Shown here piece by piece: positions 48,068-57,743 of a stretch of 64,000 nucleotides of DNA; within the stretch, counting starts at the first letter, position 1; each line of letters opens with the position of its first letter. The notes below the pieces were generated by a model that was not told the DNA's origin, did not search any database, and saw only the letters and a list, made by a program, of their open reading frames with translations. Source of the DNA: Collinsella sp. GTDB taxonomy: Bacteria; Actinomycetota; Coriobacteriia; Coriobacteriales; Coriobacteriaceae. The stretch spans positions 13,080 to 77,079 of the forward strand of contig DBFEQD010000002.1 of NCBI GenBank assembly GCA_048326155.1, given 5' to 3'. The translations under genes and the position numbers were made by a program.

Positions 48068-48253
48068 CCTCCGTCTGCCCCAACCAAGTAGTTCGAAGAT
48101 AGCCTGTAGGTGTCCTCGTGGGCGCCTTTTATTTTCAGGGAATCGGCCGCTTCATGAACGAGCGACCGGCTTGACCTAGATCGAACCGCCTTCATCTCCG
48201 TCTAGGCGCCGGCAATCAACATCGTGAATCCGCGCGTGCTACAATGCGGGCAC

Positions 48254-48341
48254 CAGAGATGAAAACACAGTCCCCGTCGGGTAGTCGTGGGCGTGCGGGA
48301 GTCCGCATCAGTAACCTGCCTCCTTGGTTGTCCCTTCTCTG
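48254..48341 (+). ncRNA. yjdF (azaaromatic) riboswitch
   Basis: AAAACAC...GGTAGTC...TCAGTAACCTGCCTCCTTGG..GTCC closed by CAGAGA/TCTCTG, upstream of a yjdF gene; extended -10 TGcTACAAT at 48237-48245. Confidence 0.85.
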
Positions 48342-48372
48342 CATGGTCATCTACATAAAGGAGGAACCAGCC

Positions 48373-48792
48373 ATGCAGATCAGCGTGTCGTCCACCCTGA
48401 CCGTATATCACGACGGCCAATTCTGGGTCGGGCTGGCGGAGCATGTCGAGGACGGCAGGTACGGCGTCGCCCGCATCGTCTTCGGCGCAGAACCGTCCGA
48501 TGAGGAGATCCTGCGATTCGTTACAAGCAAATGGGCGAAGCTCGCGTTCTTCGGTGACGATCCGTCCGAGGCGAGCGAGCCCGCGAAGAACCCCAAGAGA
48601 CGCGCCCGCGAGGCGGCGAAAGCCCTCAAGCAGCCGGCGATGAGCACCAAGGCGCAGCAGGCGCTCGCGAATCAGCGGGAGACGATGAAGCGGGAATCGG
48701 CTCAAGCAAGAAGCCAGCGTCGTGCGGATGAGGCGGAGGCGCGCTTCGAGCAGCGAAAACTGAAGCGCAAACAGAAGCATCGCGGTCATTGA
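48373..48792 (+). CDS. yjdF: YjdF-family (DUF2992) protein
   Basis: LTVYHDGQFWVG, FGAEPSDEEI, KNPKR, TKAQQAL, KQKHRGH end. Confidence 0.9.
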   Translation: MQISVSSTLTVYHDGQFWVGLAEHVEDGRYGVARIVFGAEPSDEEILRFVTSKWAKLAFFGDDPSEASEPAKNPKRRAREAAKALKQPAMSTKAQQALANQRETMKRESAQARSQRRADEAEARFEQRKLKRKQKHRGH

Positions 48793-48872
48793 TACCACCA
48801 TCAACCCATATATAGCAGCAGGCGTAGCTTCGATTGAAACTACGCCTGCCACCTGGTGCTATAACGTTATAC

Positions 48873-48886
48873 AGAACGTATGTTCT
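48873..48886. promoter_or_regulatory. LexA (SOS) box
   Basis: AGAAC-GTAT-GTTCT matches the Gram-positive GAAC-N4-GTTC consensus, next to TGcTATAAC. Confidence 0.6.
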
Positions 48887-49301
48887 ATACCCACTCGATG
48901 ACTAACCCAGTCCGAGCACTACCGATGCGTGTCGCGTCATACCGCCTAAGAGCTGATTCGTTCAGAAAAGGTTCAGGGGGATCGTCGAGTTTATTGCACC
49001 CTCGCGTTTTACAAAAGAGAGTACAAGGCCCTTTAGCTCGAATTATTGCATTTAGAACCCCGCCGCTCATCCATCCTAGCTTGCCCAAACAGCCCTCCCG
49101 CGATGTCCATGTTCCAACGGATGGGTACCATTTACCCGGGTGCACCTGGGGCAACGGGCCGGCAGGCCCGCGCAAGGTCGCTCGCATAACACACAACATC
49201 AAACACGACAGAAGAGGCGAACGACAGATGCCGGACCCCGGACGACAGCACCGCGGAAGAGAAGCATTCCAACCACAACCGAACGAACATCGCTCCTAGG
49301 C

Positions 49302-49330
49302 AGGCGCCCGCATGGGCGCCTTTTGCTTTT
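49302..49330 (+). terminator. Intrinsic terminator upstream of the xis-like genes
   Basis: AGGCGCCC-GCAT-GGGCGCCT followed by TTTGCTTTT. Confidence 0.7.
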
Positions 49331-49530
49331 CGGGGACTTAGCTGCGAGCTAAGGCATGCGGCTCATGGCCGTTTCGTGAAGGCCCGACCAGCTCGACCCA
49401 CCTCGACCCGTCTCCGCTCCCGCCGGGCGCGCCAAGCGCCATCAGGCGGTTCAATCGTCGCGCAGACGAAAAGGCACACGGTGTCGTGCGGTGTCCTCGC
49501 GCGGTGCCGCACGGGAAGATTGGAGGAACC

Positions 49531-49749
49531 ATGGCAAGCACAGCCGAATGCGCCGCGCCCGAGGGCAACCAAGATCGCGGCGAATGGATGACGGTGATCG
49601 AGATGCAGGAGTACATGAGGGCGAGCCGAAACAAGGCGTACGACCTCATCTGGTCGGGAGAGATCGACTCGTACAGGCTCGGAAGGAAGCTCCTGGTGTC
49701 GAGGGCGTCAGTGGACGCCTACATCGAGTCGAGGAGCGGCAGGAAATGA
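49531..49749 (+). CDS. Excisionase-like HTH protein (HTH_17)
   Basis: WMTVIEMQEYMRASRNKAYDLIWSGEIDSYRLGRKLLVSRASVDAYI. Confidence 0.85.
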   Translation: MASTAECAAPEGNQDRGEWMTVIEMQEYMRASRNKAYDLIWSGEIDSYRLGRKLLVSRASVDAYIESRSGRK

Positions 49750-49827
49750 CGGCCGCGACCGCCCCGGGAGCCGCCCGCGGCCAGGCACGCGAGGGAGCCT
49801 CGAGACGAAAGGAGCTCGAGGACGACC

Positions 49828-50076
49828 ATGTCCAAGAGCATTAGCAGGAGCCAGGTGAGGCTCATCGCATCGACCAACGCGATATTCGGCGCCGACGAGG
49901 CGTGCGCGATGCTGCGCATCAGCCGCGACGCAATGTACCGGCTCGCCAAGGACCCCGACGACCCGTTCCCGATCCGCTACATCGGCGGCAAGACGCGCGA
50001 CGGCATCGTTCTGCACGACGAGCTCGTCGCATGGGTCGAGCGCAACAGCGTCGTCGGCTCGCCCAGAAGGGATTAG
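49828..50076 (+). CDS. Excisionase/AlpA-like HTH protein
   Basis: ADEACAMLRISRDAMYRLAK...PFP...DELVAWV. Confidence 0.7.
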   Translation: MSKSISRSQVRLIASTNAIFGADEACAMLRISRDAMYRLAKDPDDPFPIRYIGGKTRDGIVLHDELVAWVERNSVVGSPRRD

Positions 50077-50081
50077 CGCCG

Positions 50082-50597
50082 ATGGCAGCCGCAGGCCCGA
50101 GGGGACGCGACGGCCCCTCCCCGCGCGAGTTCACGGCGGTACGGCACTTCATGATGGCGGACCTGGGCCTCTCCGGCCTTCCCCTGCTCGTCTACGCGCG
50201 CATCTTCGGCTTCTGCGACGCCGGGTGCGGCTACTTCGAGAGCAAGGGTGGCCTGGCACGATTCCTCAACGTGCAGGAGCGCAGCGTCCACCGCGCCATC
50301 CGCGACCTGCTCGACCGGGGCCTCATCGAGGAATGCGGCGTGCACGCCCCGGCGCGCGGGCACGCCACCAAGCGGTACCGCATCGTGCGCGAGAGGCTGC
50401 CGCCCGGAGCGCTGGCAACCCCTGACGATTCGTCAGGGTTCCCGGCGCGAAAGGGTGACGAAATGACAGGGTTCGCCGAGAACAAGGGTGACGAACCGTC
50501 AGGGTTCGCAGCCCGAACCCCTGACGAGATGACAGGGAAACCCCTGACGATATGCCACCCAATAAGCAAAAGGGACAACAAGGACTTCAGAAGATAA
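50082..50597 (+). CDS. Phage-type replication initiator (N-terminal winged helix, repeat-rich tail)
   Basis: LGLSGLPLLVYARI...LARFLNVQERSVHRAIRDLLDRGLI; lies upstream of a DnaC-like loader. Confidence 0.7.
   Translation: MAAAGPRGRDGPSPREFTAVRHFMMADLGLSGLPLLVYARIFGFCDAGCGYFESKGGLARFLNVQERSVHRAIRDLLDRGLIEECGVHAPARGHATKRYRIVRERLPPGALATPDDSSGFPARKGDEMTGFAENKGDEPSGFAARTPDEMTGKPLTICHPISKRDNKDFRR
50418..50556 (+). repeat. Iteron-like 33-bp repeats inside the initiator gene
   Basis: TGACGA-N3-G(T/A)CAGGG cores at 50423, 50456, 50489, 50522 and a partial at 50545. Confidence 0.8.
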
Positions 50598-50611
50598 GGA
50601 AGGGGCGCCCG

Positions 50612-51400
50612 ATGGACCGAGCGGGACTCATCACCCTGGAGCAGGCCCGTGCGGCCGGGCTCTCCTTCGACGAGCCGGAGCCGAGGGCGTGCCCGCACTG
50701 CGGCGCCGCCCTCGATCCGCTCGGCGCGGCGCTGGCGGGCAGGGTCGCCTGGGTCTCCGCCGCCCCCTGCCCGTGCGAGGGCGCAGCCAGCGAGCGGGAG
50801 TCCGAGGCGCGAAGGCGCGCGGCCCTCGCCGCCAAGGAGGAGGCCGCCCGCCGGGAGAAGGCGCTCTCGCGCGCGGGCATCCCCAGGCGCTACTGGGCCG
50901 CCGAGGCCGACCGCCCCGAGTTCGCCGAGTACATCGCCTCGTTCGCGGGCAACGGGGGCGCCGGGCTCTACATACACGGGGGCGTCGGCGCCGGCAAGAC
51001 GCACGCCGCCTCCGCCATGGCCAGGCTGTTCGCCGAGGCCGGCTACGACGTCGCCTTCACGACGGCCAAGGGCATGCTCGAGCGCGTGAAGGCCACGTTC
51101 GACGAGGGCGGCACCGAGGCCGCCGTCGCGCGGTACGCCAAGTGCGACGTCCTCGTGCTCGACGACCTCGGCAAGGAGGACGCGACGGAATGGTCCGTCG
51201 GCACCGTGTTCAGCGTGCTCGATGCGCGCTACGAGGACATGCGCCCGACCATCGTCACGTCGAACTACGCGCCGGGCGCGCTGGCGGACAGGCTCGCAAG
51301 GCGCGGCGAGCGCGTCACGGCAGAGGCGATCGCGAGCAGGATTTCCCAGACCTGCAGGACCGTCTACCTGGGCGGAAGGGACAGGCGCCGCCTCGGCTAG
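50612..51400 (+). CDS. DnaC/IstB-like helicase-loader ATPase
   Basis: CPHC...CPC zinc site, GGVGAGKT, LVLDDLGKE, PTIVTSN, SRI. Confidence 0.88.
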   Translation: MDRAGLITLEQARAAGLSFDEPEPRACPHCGAALDPLGAALAGRVAWVSAAPCPCEGAASERESEARRRAALAAKEEAARREKALSRAGIPRRYWAAEADRPEFAEYIASFAGNGGAGLYIHGGVGAGKTHAASAMARLFAEAGYDVAFTTAKGMLERVKATFDEGGTEAAVARYAKCDVLVLDDLGKEDATEWSVGTVFSVLDARYEDMRPTIVTSNYAPGALADRLARRGERVTAEAIASRISQTCRTVYLGGRDRRRLG

Positions 51401-51601
51401 CTTGTGCGCTTCCCGTGGAGGCGCGGACGGCTCGACCCAGCTCGACCCATCGCAGGCGGCCCCGATGCCCGCCGCAATCGAAATCGCTATACACGTCTTG
51501 GGCGGCGCCGACGCGCCGGCACGCACGCCTGCTCCGACTCGCACCGTGCCCCCATCGCGAGGACGCCGCCCGCCAAGCAACAAACGAAAGGCGGAGGGCC
51601 C

Positions 51602-52135
51602 ATGGACGGCTTCGAGAGGATAACCGGCCGCGAGCACGACGGGCTCGTGGAGAAGTGCCAGGAGAACGGCTGGCTCAAGGTCGGCGGCTTCGACTGGCAG
51701 GACGACCCGTTCCTCGAGGAGTACCCCTACGAGTTCTCCCGCACGGACAGCGTCGACAGGCTCCGCGAGGCGCTCGGCTCGGGCAACTGGGCCATACGCC
51801 AGGGGTTCTGCTACCGCGACCTCGCGTTCATCCAGCAGGTGAACGGCGGCGACGAGTGGTGGACGCTCAAGCGCGACGGCGACGCGTGGACCGGCTTCGA
51901 GAGCTGGAGCTTCGGCGCCATCGCCCAGGAGCCCGAGCGGTTCGAGCGCGCCATGCGCGACATGTGCGAGGCGACGCCGGAGCAGTGCCGCAGCGGCGAG
52001 TGGGCCCATCTGCACGAGAAGGCTCCCGAGCCGCTGGCGCAGCGCGCCGCGTCCGCCCGCGAGGCGAGCCGCGCGCACGCCGGGCAGGAAGCCCGCGCCC
52101 CAATGGCGCGCGAGAGGGCCGTCGGGGCCGAATAG
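51602..52135 (+). CDS. ICE hypothetical protein
   Basis: GGAGG RBS, GC3-rich codons, followed by a terminator at about 52144-52165. Confidence 0.75.
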   Translation: MDGFERITGREHDGLVEKCQENGWLKVGGFDWQDDPFLEEYPYEFSRTDSVDRLREALGSGNWAIRQGFCYRDLAFIQQVNGGDEWWTLKRDGDAWTGFESWSFGAIAQEPERFERAMRDMCEATPEQCRSGEWAHLHEKAPEPLAQRAASAREASRAHAGQEARAPMARERAVGAE

Positions 52136-52191
52136 GGACGACCGGGGCGCGAAGGCGCCCTTTTTCATCTCGACTGGAAGGGAGGCGCGGG

Positions 52192-52743
52192 ATGGCGAGC
52201 GACTACGGGGACGAGGCGGGCGGCAAGCTGCTCGACTGGATGCTGAGGATCGGCCAGGAGGCCGGCGCCGAGGCAATGGCGCGCAGCGCGAGGGAGCTCT
52301 CCGAGCGCCTCGCGGGAATCCGCGGGACCATCGCCGGCGGGCGCGCCGAGGCCATCGCGGCCGACGGCGTGCCGGCCTACGCGAAGCTCAGCCTCGAGGA
52401 GCTCTCTGGGCTTCCCGAGTACGCGACGATCAAGGAGGTCGTCTCCGACAAGCTGCGCGCCGCGTCGGTCGAGCACCACATCATCCCCGGCGAGGGCCGC
52501 GACTGGCTGCTCTTCAAGGTGGAGGACGCCCCCGAGGTCGACGAGGCCTTCCGCCAGCTGGAGCAAGAGACGGGCAAGGCCGCCGATCGCGCAAGGGAGC
52601 GGCTCTCCGAGATCGCCGAGAGGCGCCAGGCGCCCGAGCGGCTGGCGGAGCGCGCCGAGCGGGTGCGCGAGGCGTCGAGGGCCCACAGCCAGGGCATCGG
52701 CCGGGACCGCGGCCCGCGCCAGATCGAGGGGCCCGAGAGATGA
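52192..52743 (+). CDS. ICE protein upstream of virD4 (PcfB-like by position)
   Basis: GGAGG RBS; MASDYGDEAGGK...WLLFKVEDA; ATGA-coupled to virD4. Confidence 0.7.
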   Translation: MASDYGDEAGGKLLDWMLRIGQEAGAEAMARSARELSERLAGIRGTIAGGRAEAIAADGVPAYAKLSLEELSGLPEYATIKEVVSDKLRAASVEHHIIPGEGRDWLLFKVEDAPEVDEAFRQLEQETGKAADRARERLSEIAERRQAPERLAERAERVREASRAHSQGIGRDRGPRQIEGPER

Positions 52744-54557
52744 GGTGGCAGGCGGCGGCCGCGCTGGCCGCGGCGGCGTTCGCCGCGGGAGACTTTGCGG
52801 CCGCGGCAATCGCGGCGTCGGGCACGAGCCCGATCCTCGACCCGGAGGCCGCCATGGCGGCGATCCCCGCGGCGCTCCGCGCGGGGCGCGTCTTCTCCGC
52901 GGAGGCGGTTCCCCTGTGCGCCGGGACCGCCTGCGCGTGCGGCGCGCTCCTCGCCTGGGCCCGCTCACTGGGGACCAAGGGGGCCCGGCGCGACGGCGAG
53001 GAGCACGGTAGCTCCAGGTGGGCCACGCGCAAGGACATCGCGCCCTTCGGCGACCCCAAGGACCCCGACAACAACATCATCCTCACCGACAACGCGCGCA
53101 TCCGCCTCGTGAGCCGCAGGTTCGACCTCTCCACCGACACCAACGACAACGTGCTCGTGGTGGGAGGACCCGGCACCGGCAAGACGCGCTACTACGTCAA
53201 GCCGAACCTCCTGCAGGCCAACGCCAGCTTCTTCGTGACCGACCCGAAGGGCACGCTCATCCGCGAGATGGGCGGCGCGCTGGCGGAGCTCGGCTACGAG
53301 ATCCGCGCGTTCGACACCATCGACTTCACGCGCTCCATGCGCTTCAACCCCATAGCCTACATACGCGACGAGGCGGGCGTCATCCGCTTCGCCCGCGGCA
53401 TCGTCGCCAACACCGAGGGCGACGCCGACCACAAGGGCGACCCCTACTGGGAGAAGGCCGAGCGCCTGGTCTACACCGCGCTCACGGCCTACCTCGTCAT
53501 GCACTGCGAGCCCGCCGACCGAAACCTCGACGGGCTGCTCACGCTGCTCTCGCTCGCCGACGCCCGCGACGACCCGGGCTACATGAGCCCGCTCGACATG
53601 GTGTTCCGCGAGCTGGAGACCGGCGAGCGCTACGTCAGGCGCGGCGGCGCCTCGGCGGAGGGCGGATCGCTGCGCGGCTTTTCCGAGGAGGACGGCGCGT
53701 GGGAGTGGGTCAAGGTCCGCGAGCCCGCGCCGCCCGACGACTTCGCGCTCGCGAGCTACCGCGAGTTCCGCGTGGCCGCCGGCGACACCATGAAGTCGAT
53801 GCTCTCGAGCTGCAACGTCCGCCTGAAGCCGCTTTCCATCCGCGCCGTGCGCGACCTCACCTCCAAAGACGAGCTCGACCTCGCCCACATGGGCGACGAG
53901 GGCGCCAAGGTCGCGCTCTTCGCGTCTATGAGCGACACCGACTCGACCTTCGACTTCCTGTTCGCCCTGCTCATGGATACGGCCGTGAGCGCGCTTTGCG
54001 CCGAGGCGCTCGAGGCGCACGGCGGCTCGCTGCCCACGACGGTGCACTTCGTCTTCGACGAGTTCGCCAACATCGGGCGCATACCCGACTTCGAGCGGAC
54101 CATCGCCGTCACCCGCAGCAGGAACATCGCCGTCTCGATGATCGCCCAGTCGCTCTCGCAGCTGAAGGAGACCTACGGCGACAATAACGCCGAGACCATC
54201 GTGAACGCCTGCGACACGCTGCTCTACCTGGGCGGCAAGGCGAACGAGACCAACGAGGAGATCAGCAAGATGGCCGGCAAGCAGACGGTGGCGAGCGAGA
54301 CGCAGAGCGACTCGCGGGGCGCCGGCTGGACCCGGACCGTGAACCGCGGCATCTCCGAGCGCGACCTCATACAGCCCGCCGAGGTGGCGCGCATGCCGCG
54401 CGAGGACGCGCTCGTGCTCGTGAACGGGTGCATGCCGCTCATGGACCGGAAGTACCGGCTCGAGCGCCACCCGCGCTCGCGCCTGCTCGAGGAGGCCACG
54501 CGCCGCGGCCCGTTCGACTTCGCGGAGTACCGCAGGCGGAAGGACGGCGCCTCGTGA
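52740..54557 (+). CDS. virD4: VirD4/TraG type IV coupling protein
   Basis: HGSSRWA, GGPGTGKT, TDPKG, FDEFANIG, QSLSQL. Confidence 0.92.
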   Translation: MRWQAAAALAAAAFAAGDFAAAAIAASGTSPILDPEAAMAAIPAALRAGRVFSAEAVPLCAGTACACGALLAWARSLGTKGARRDGEEHGSSRWATRKDIAPFGDPKDPDNNIILTDNARIRLVSRRFDLSTDTNDNVLVVGGPGTGKTRYYVKPNLLQANASFFVTDPKGTLIREMGGALAELGYEIRAFDTIDFTRSMRFNPIAYIRDEAGVIRFARGIVANTEGDADHKGDPYWEKAERLVYTALTAYLVMHCEPADRNLDGLLTLLSLADARDDPGYMSPLDMVFRELETGERYVRRGGASAEGGSLRGFSEEDGAWEWVKVREPAPPDDFALASYREFRVAAGDTMKSMLSSCNVRLKPLSIRAVRDLTSKDELDLAHMGDEGAKVALFASMSDTDSTFDFLFALLMDTAVSALCAEALEAHGGSLPTTVHFVFDEFANIGRIPDFERTIAVTRSRNIAVSMIAQSLSQLKETYGDNNAETIVNACDTLLYLGGKANETNEEISKMAGKQTVASETQSDSRGAGWTRTVNRGISERDLIQPAEVARMPREDALVLVNGCMPLMDRKYRLERHPRSRLLEEATRRGPFDFAEYRRRKDGAS

Positions 54558-54641
54558 CGGGGCCGCGGAGGGCGCGGGCCTCCCCCGCCGCGGGGGAGGA
54601 GCAGCAAGGAACATCGTCAACCGAAAGCAAAGGAGAGCAGC

Positions 54642-54857
54642 ATGCTCGCAAACGTCATCAAGCTCGTGTCGGGCTGCGTGACCTTCCTCGGCGGCTTCCT
54701 GGTCGTGTGGGGAGCGGTCTCGCTCGGCCTGGCCATCAGGGAGCAGCAGGGCGGCCCGCAGATCGCGACCGCCATTTCCACCATCGCCGGCGGCGCGATC
54801 ATCATCGCCGCGTCGGTCTACTTCGGGCAGCTGGACACGTCCTGGCTGCCGGCATAG
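54642..54857 (+). CDS. Small two-helix membrane protein (Maff2 / VirB2 pilin-like)
   Basis: Two hydrophobic segments; usual position after virD4. Confidence 0.7.
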   Translation: MLANVIKLVSGCVTFLGGFLVVWGAVSLGLAIREQQGGPQIATAISTIAGGAIIIAASVYFGQLDTSWLPA

Positions 54858-54869
54858 GGGGCGTCGCGG

Positions 54870-55295
54870 ATGGCGCTCCGGATACCGGTGCAGAAGGACA
54901 TCGGGGAGTACGAGGAGAAGATCGTCGGGAAGATGAGCCTGCGCACGCTCGCATGCGTGTCGCTCGGCTTCGGCAGCGCGGTCGGGGCGGCGGCCTTCGT
55001 CCACCTGGGCCTGCACGCCGACGTCGCGGACGCGGCCTTCCCGATCATGCTCTGCAGCATGCCGTTCTGGCTCGCCGGGTTCTGGCGGCCCTTCGGCATG
55101 CGCGCCGAGGAGCTGCTGCCGCTTTTGGCGGCACACGAGTTCTCCCCGCAGCTGCTCGCGTACGAGCCCTGCCTCGCCGGGAGCCTCCCCGAGGGCTCGC
55201 CGCGCCCGGGCCGCCCGGGACGTCGCGCGAGGCGCAGGGCAAGGAAGAAAGGAGCCGAGCTCTATGAGCCGAGCAAGAAGCAACAAGGAGAATAG
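54870..55295 (+). CDS. prgI: PrgI-family protein
   Basis: KDIGEYEEKIVGKMSLR, two TM segments, PFGM. Confidence 0.8.
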   Translation: MALRIPVQKDIGEYEEKIVGKMSLRTLACVSLGFGSAVGAAAFVHLGLHADVADAAFPIMLCSMPFWLAGFWRPFGMRAEELLPLLAAHEFSPQLLAYEPCLAGSLPEGSPRPGRPGRRARRRARKKGAELYEPSKKQQGE

Positions 55296-57741
55296 GCCGA
55301 AGCGCCCGAGCACCCTCGGGCTGCTCCTCGGCGGCACGGGCGGGCGCAAGGACGCCTCGAAGGGCGCGGAGGCCGAGCGGCAGAGGCGCCGCCGGGAGCG
55401 CGACCGCTCGCGCGAGATGGCCGCCTACGTCGGCTACGACGCCATGTACAGGGACGGCATCGCCCAGGTGATGCCCGGGGTGTTCAGCCAGACGGTCGAG
55501 TTCTCCGACATCAGCTACCAGTCCGCGCGCAAGGAGGCGCGCGAGACGGCCTTCACCGTGATGAGCTCGCTGTTCAACTACTTCCCGGCGGACTCCCACG
55601 TGCAGCTCCAGGTAGTGAACGCGCCCATCCCCGCCGACGAGGTCGGCCGCAAGGTCTTCTTCGAGCCCGGGGAGCGCGCCACCGCCGGGCTCGCCGAAGA
55701 GTACAACCGGATCCTCAACGACAAGATGCGCGAGGGCGTCTCGAACCTCGTGCGCCACCGCTACCTGACCTACGCCGTGGGCGCCGACGACGTCGACGCC
55801 GCGGTGCCCAAGCTCGCGCGCATCCGGGGCGACGTGGAGCAGACGCTCGCGCGCATACGCTGCTCGTCGCGCGCCCTCGACGGCGTCGAGAGGCTCGAGC
55901 TTTTGCAGGGGCAGCTGCGCCCGGGGTCGCGCTTCGAGTTCTCCTGGGACAAATTGTCCCCGACGTCGGGAGCGCGCACGAAGGACTTCGTCATGCCCTC
56001 CACGCTCGACTTCAAGCCCGAGGGCAGGTCCGACTGCTTCCGCAGCGACGGGCGCTACGGCGCGGTGCTCGCGGTGCGCAGCTTCGGGTCGGTCATCGAG
56101 GAGACCTACCTCGCCTCCATCATCGACCTGCCGCTGCCGCTCAACGTGACGCTGCACGTGCAGCCCATCGCGCAGAGCGAGGCGCTCGCGCTCGTGAAGC
56201 GCCAGATCGACTGGATGGACAAGGAGATCATCGACGAGCAGATGAGCGCCGTGAAGAAGGGCTACGACTACCAGATCCTGCCGCCCGAGCTGCGCTTCTC
56301 GAAGGAGGAGGCCGAGGAGCTGCTCGACTTCCTGCGCAACAAGTCCGAGCGCCTGTTCGTCTACACGGGCCTCGTCTACACCTGGGCCGACAGCCTCGAG
56401 GAGCTCGACCGCCGCGTCCAGCAGGTGACGAGCGTCGCGCAGGGCTGCACGATCGGCCTCGAGCCGCTCCACTTCCGGCAGCGCCAGGCTCTCAACTCGG
56501 TGCTCCCGCTCGGGGACAACCACGTCACCGTGAGCCGCTACCTCACCACGGGGCAGGTGGCCATGCAGATGCCCTTCGCCAGCCAGAGCCTCGACGAGGC
56601 GGGCGGAGGCTACTACGGGCAGTCCAGGGAGAGCGGGAACCTGGTGCTGTGCGACCGCAAGCGCCTGGCGAGCCCCATGGGCTTCGTGTGCGGCAAGCCC
56701 GGCTCGGGCAAGAGCTTCTCGGTGAAGCGCGAGATAACCAACACCGTGCTCGCGCACCCCGAGGACGAGGTCGTGATCTTCGACCCGGCCGGCGAGTACG
56801 GCAACCTCGTCGGCGCGCTCGGCGGCGCGAACGTCGAGCTCGCCCCGGGATGCTCGGCGGTGCTCAACCCCCTCGACACCGCCGACGTCGCGGACCGCGC
56901 CGACGCCGCCAAGCTCGCGTACAAGACCGACGCGGTGCTCGCGCTCTCGAGCGCGCTCATGGCCGAGGGCCGCGAGGGCCTGCCGGAGCGCGACCGCTCG
57001 ATCATCGCCCGCTGCGTCGGCGAGGCGTACCGGGAGTGCGCGAGGGACGGCCGCCTGCCCACGCTCGGCGACTTCCACGCGGCGCTGCTCGCTCAGCCCG
57101 AGCCCGAGGCCGCCGACATCGCGCTGCGCTACGAGCGCTACGTGAAGGGCGCGTTCTCCTTCTTCAACGGCCAGAGCAACGTGGCGCTCGACAACCGCAT
57201 CACCAACATCGACATGCACGGCCTCGGCCAGAACATGCGCGTGTTCGGCATGATCACGGCGCTCGAGATGGTGCGCAACCGCGTGATGGTAACGCCGCCG
57301 CGCCCCAACTACACCTGGCTCTACATCGACGAGGTGCAGAGCCTCTTCGCGCACCCGACGGTGGTCGAGTACTTCGCCCGCCTGTGGCGCGAGGGGCGCA
57401 AGTTCGGCCTCATCTGCACCGGCATCAGCCAGAACACGAGCCACATGCTGGCCAACGCCGAGGCCCGCGACATGGTGCTCAACTCCGAGTTCTTCCTGCT
57501 GCACAAGCAGTCCACCGCCGACCACGACGCATGGGCGGAGATGCTCCAGCTCTCCGCCACGGAGCGCGGCTACATCGGCGACGCCGTCAAGCCCGGCGAG
57601 GGCCTGCTCATCAGCGCCGGGATCCGCGTGCCCATCACCGACGACTTCCCGAAAGGCCCGCTCTACGACCTGTGGAACACCAAGCCCGCAGAGGTCGCCG
57701 AGCGCGAGATGCGCCGGGCGGCGCGAGAGGCGGAGGAATAG
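55264..57741 (+). CDS. virB4: VirB4-like conjugal transfer ATPase
   Basis: GKPGSGKS, DPAGEY, LYIDEVQ, RKFG. Confidence 0.9.
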   Translation: MSRARSNKENRPKRPSTLGLLLGGTGGRKDASKGAEAERQRRRRERDRSREMAAYVGYDAMYRDGIAQVMPGVFSQTVEFSDISYQSARKEARETAFTVMSSLFNYFPADSHVQLQVVNAPIPADEVGRKVFFEPGERATAGLAEEYNRILNDKMREGVSNLVRHRYLTYAVGADDVDAAVPKLARIRGDVEQTLARIRCSSRALDGVERLELLQGQLRPGSRFEFSWDKLSPTSGARTKDFVMPSTLDFKPEGRSDCFRSDGRYGAVLAVRSFGSVIEETYLASIIDLPLPLNVTLHVQPIAQSEALALVKRQIDWMDKEIIDEQMSAVKKGYDYQILPPELRFSKEEAEELLDFLRNKSERLFVYTGLVYTWADSLEELDRRVQQVTSVAQGCTIGLEPLHFRQRQALNSVLPLGDNHVTVSRYLTTGQVAMQMPFASQSLDEAGGGYYGQSRESGNLVLCDRKRLASPMGFVCGKPGSGKSFSVKREITNTVLAHPEDEVVIFDPAGEYGNLVGALGGANVELAPGCSAVLNPLDTADVADRADAAKLAYKTDAVLALSSALMAEGREGLPERDRSIIARCVGEAYRECARDGRLPTLGDFHAALLAQPEPEAADIALRYERYVKGAFSFFNGQSNVALDNRITNIDMHGLGQNMRVFGMITALEMVRNRVMVTPPRPNYTWLYIDEVQSLFAHPTVVEYFARLWREGRKFGLICTGISQNTSHMLANAEARDMVLNSEFFLLHKQSTADHDAWAEMLQLSATERGYIGDAVKPGEGLLISAGIRVPITDDFPKGPLYDLWNTKPAEVAEREMRRAAREAEE

Positions 57742-57743
57742 GA

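Noticed and set aside
48880..49352. ORFs of 70-139 aa in the region before the xis-like genes
   Set aside because: Atypical codon usage, no RBS and no recognisable motifs; treated as non-coding.
50530..50560. Programmed -1 frameshift (GGGAAAC) fusing the initiator to DnaC
   Set aside because: The -1 frame is open into dnaC, but the heptamer is out of phase with the initiator codons (GGG AAA CCC) and dnaC has its own RBS and ATG at 50612.
50689..52743. 684-aa ORF as one gene (likewise the 56649, 59558 and 42566 upstream extensions)
   Set aside because: The upstream portions overlap real genes in another frame; plausible starts are at 52192, 57744, 60077 and 43055.
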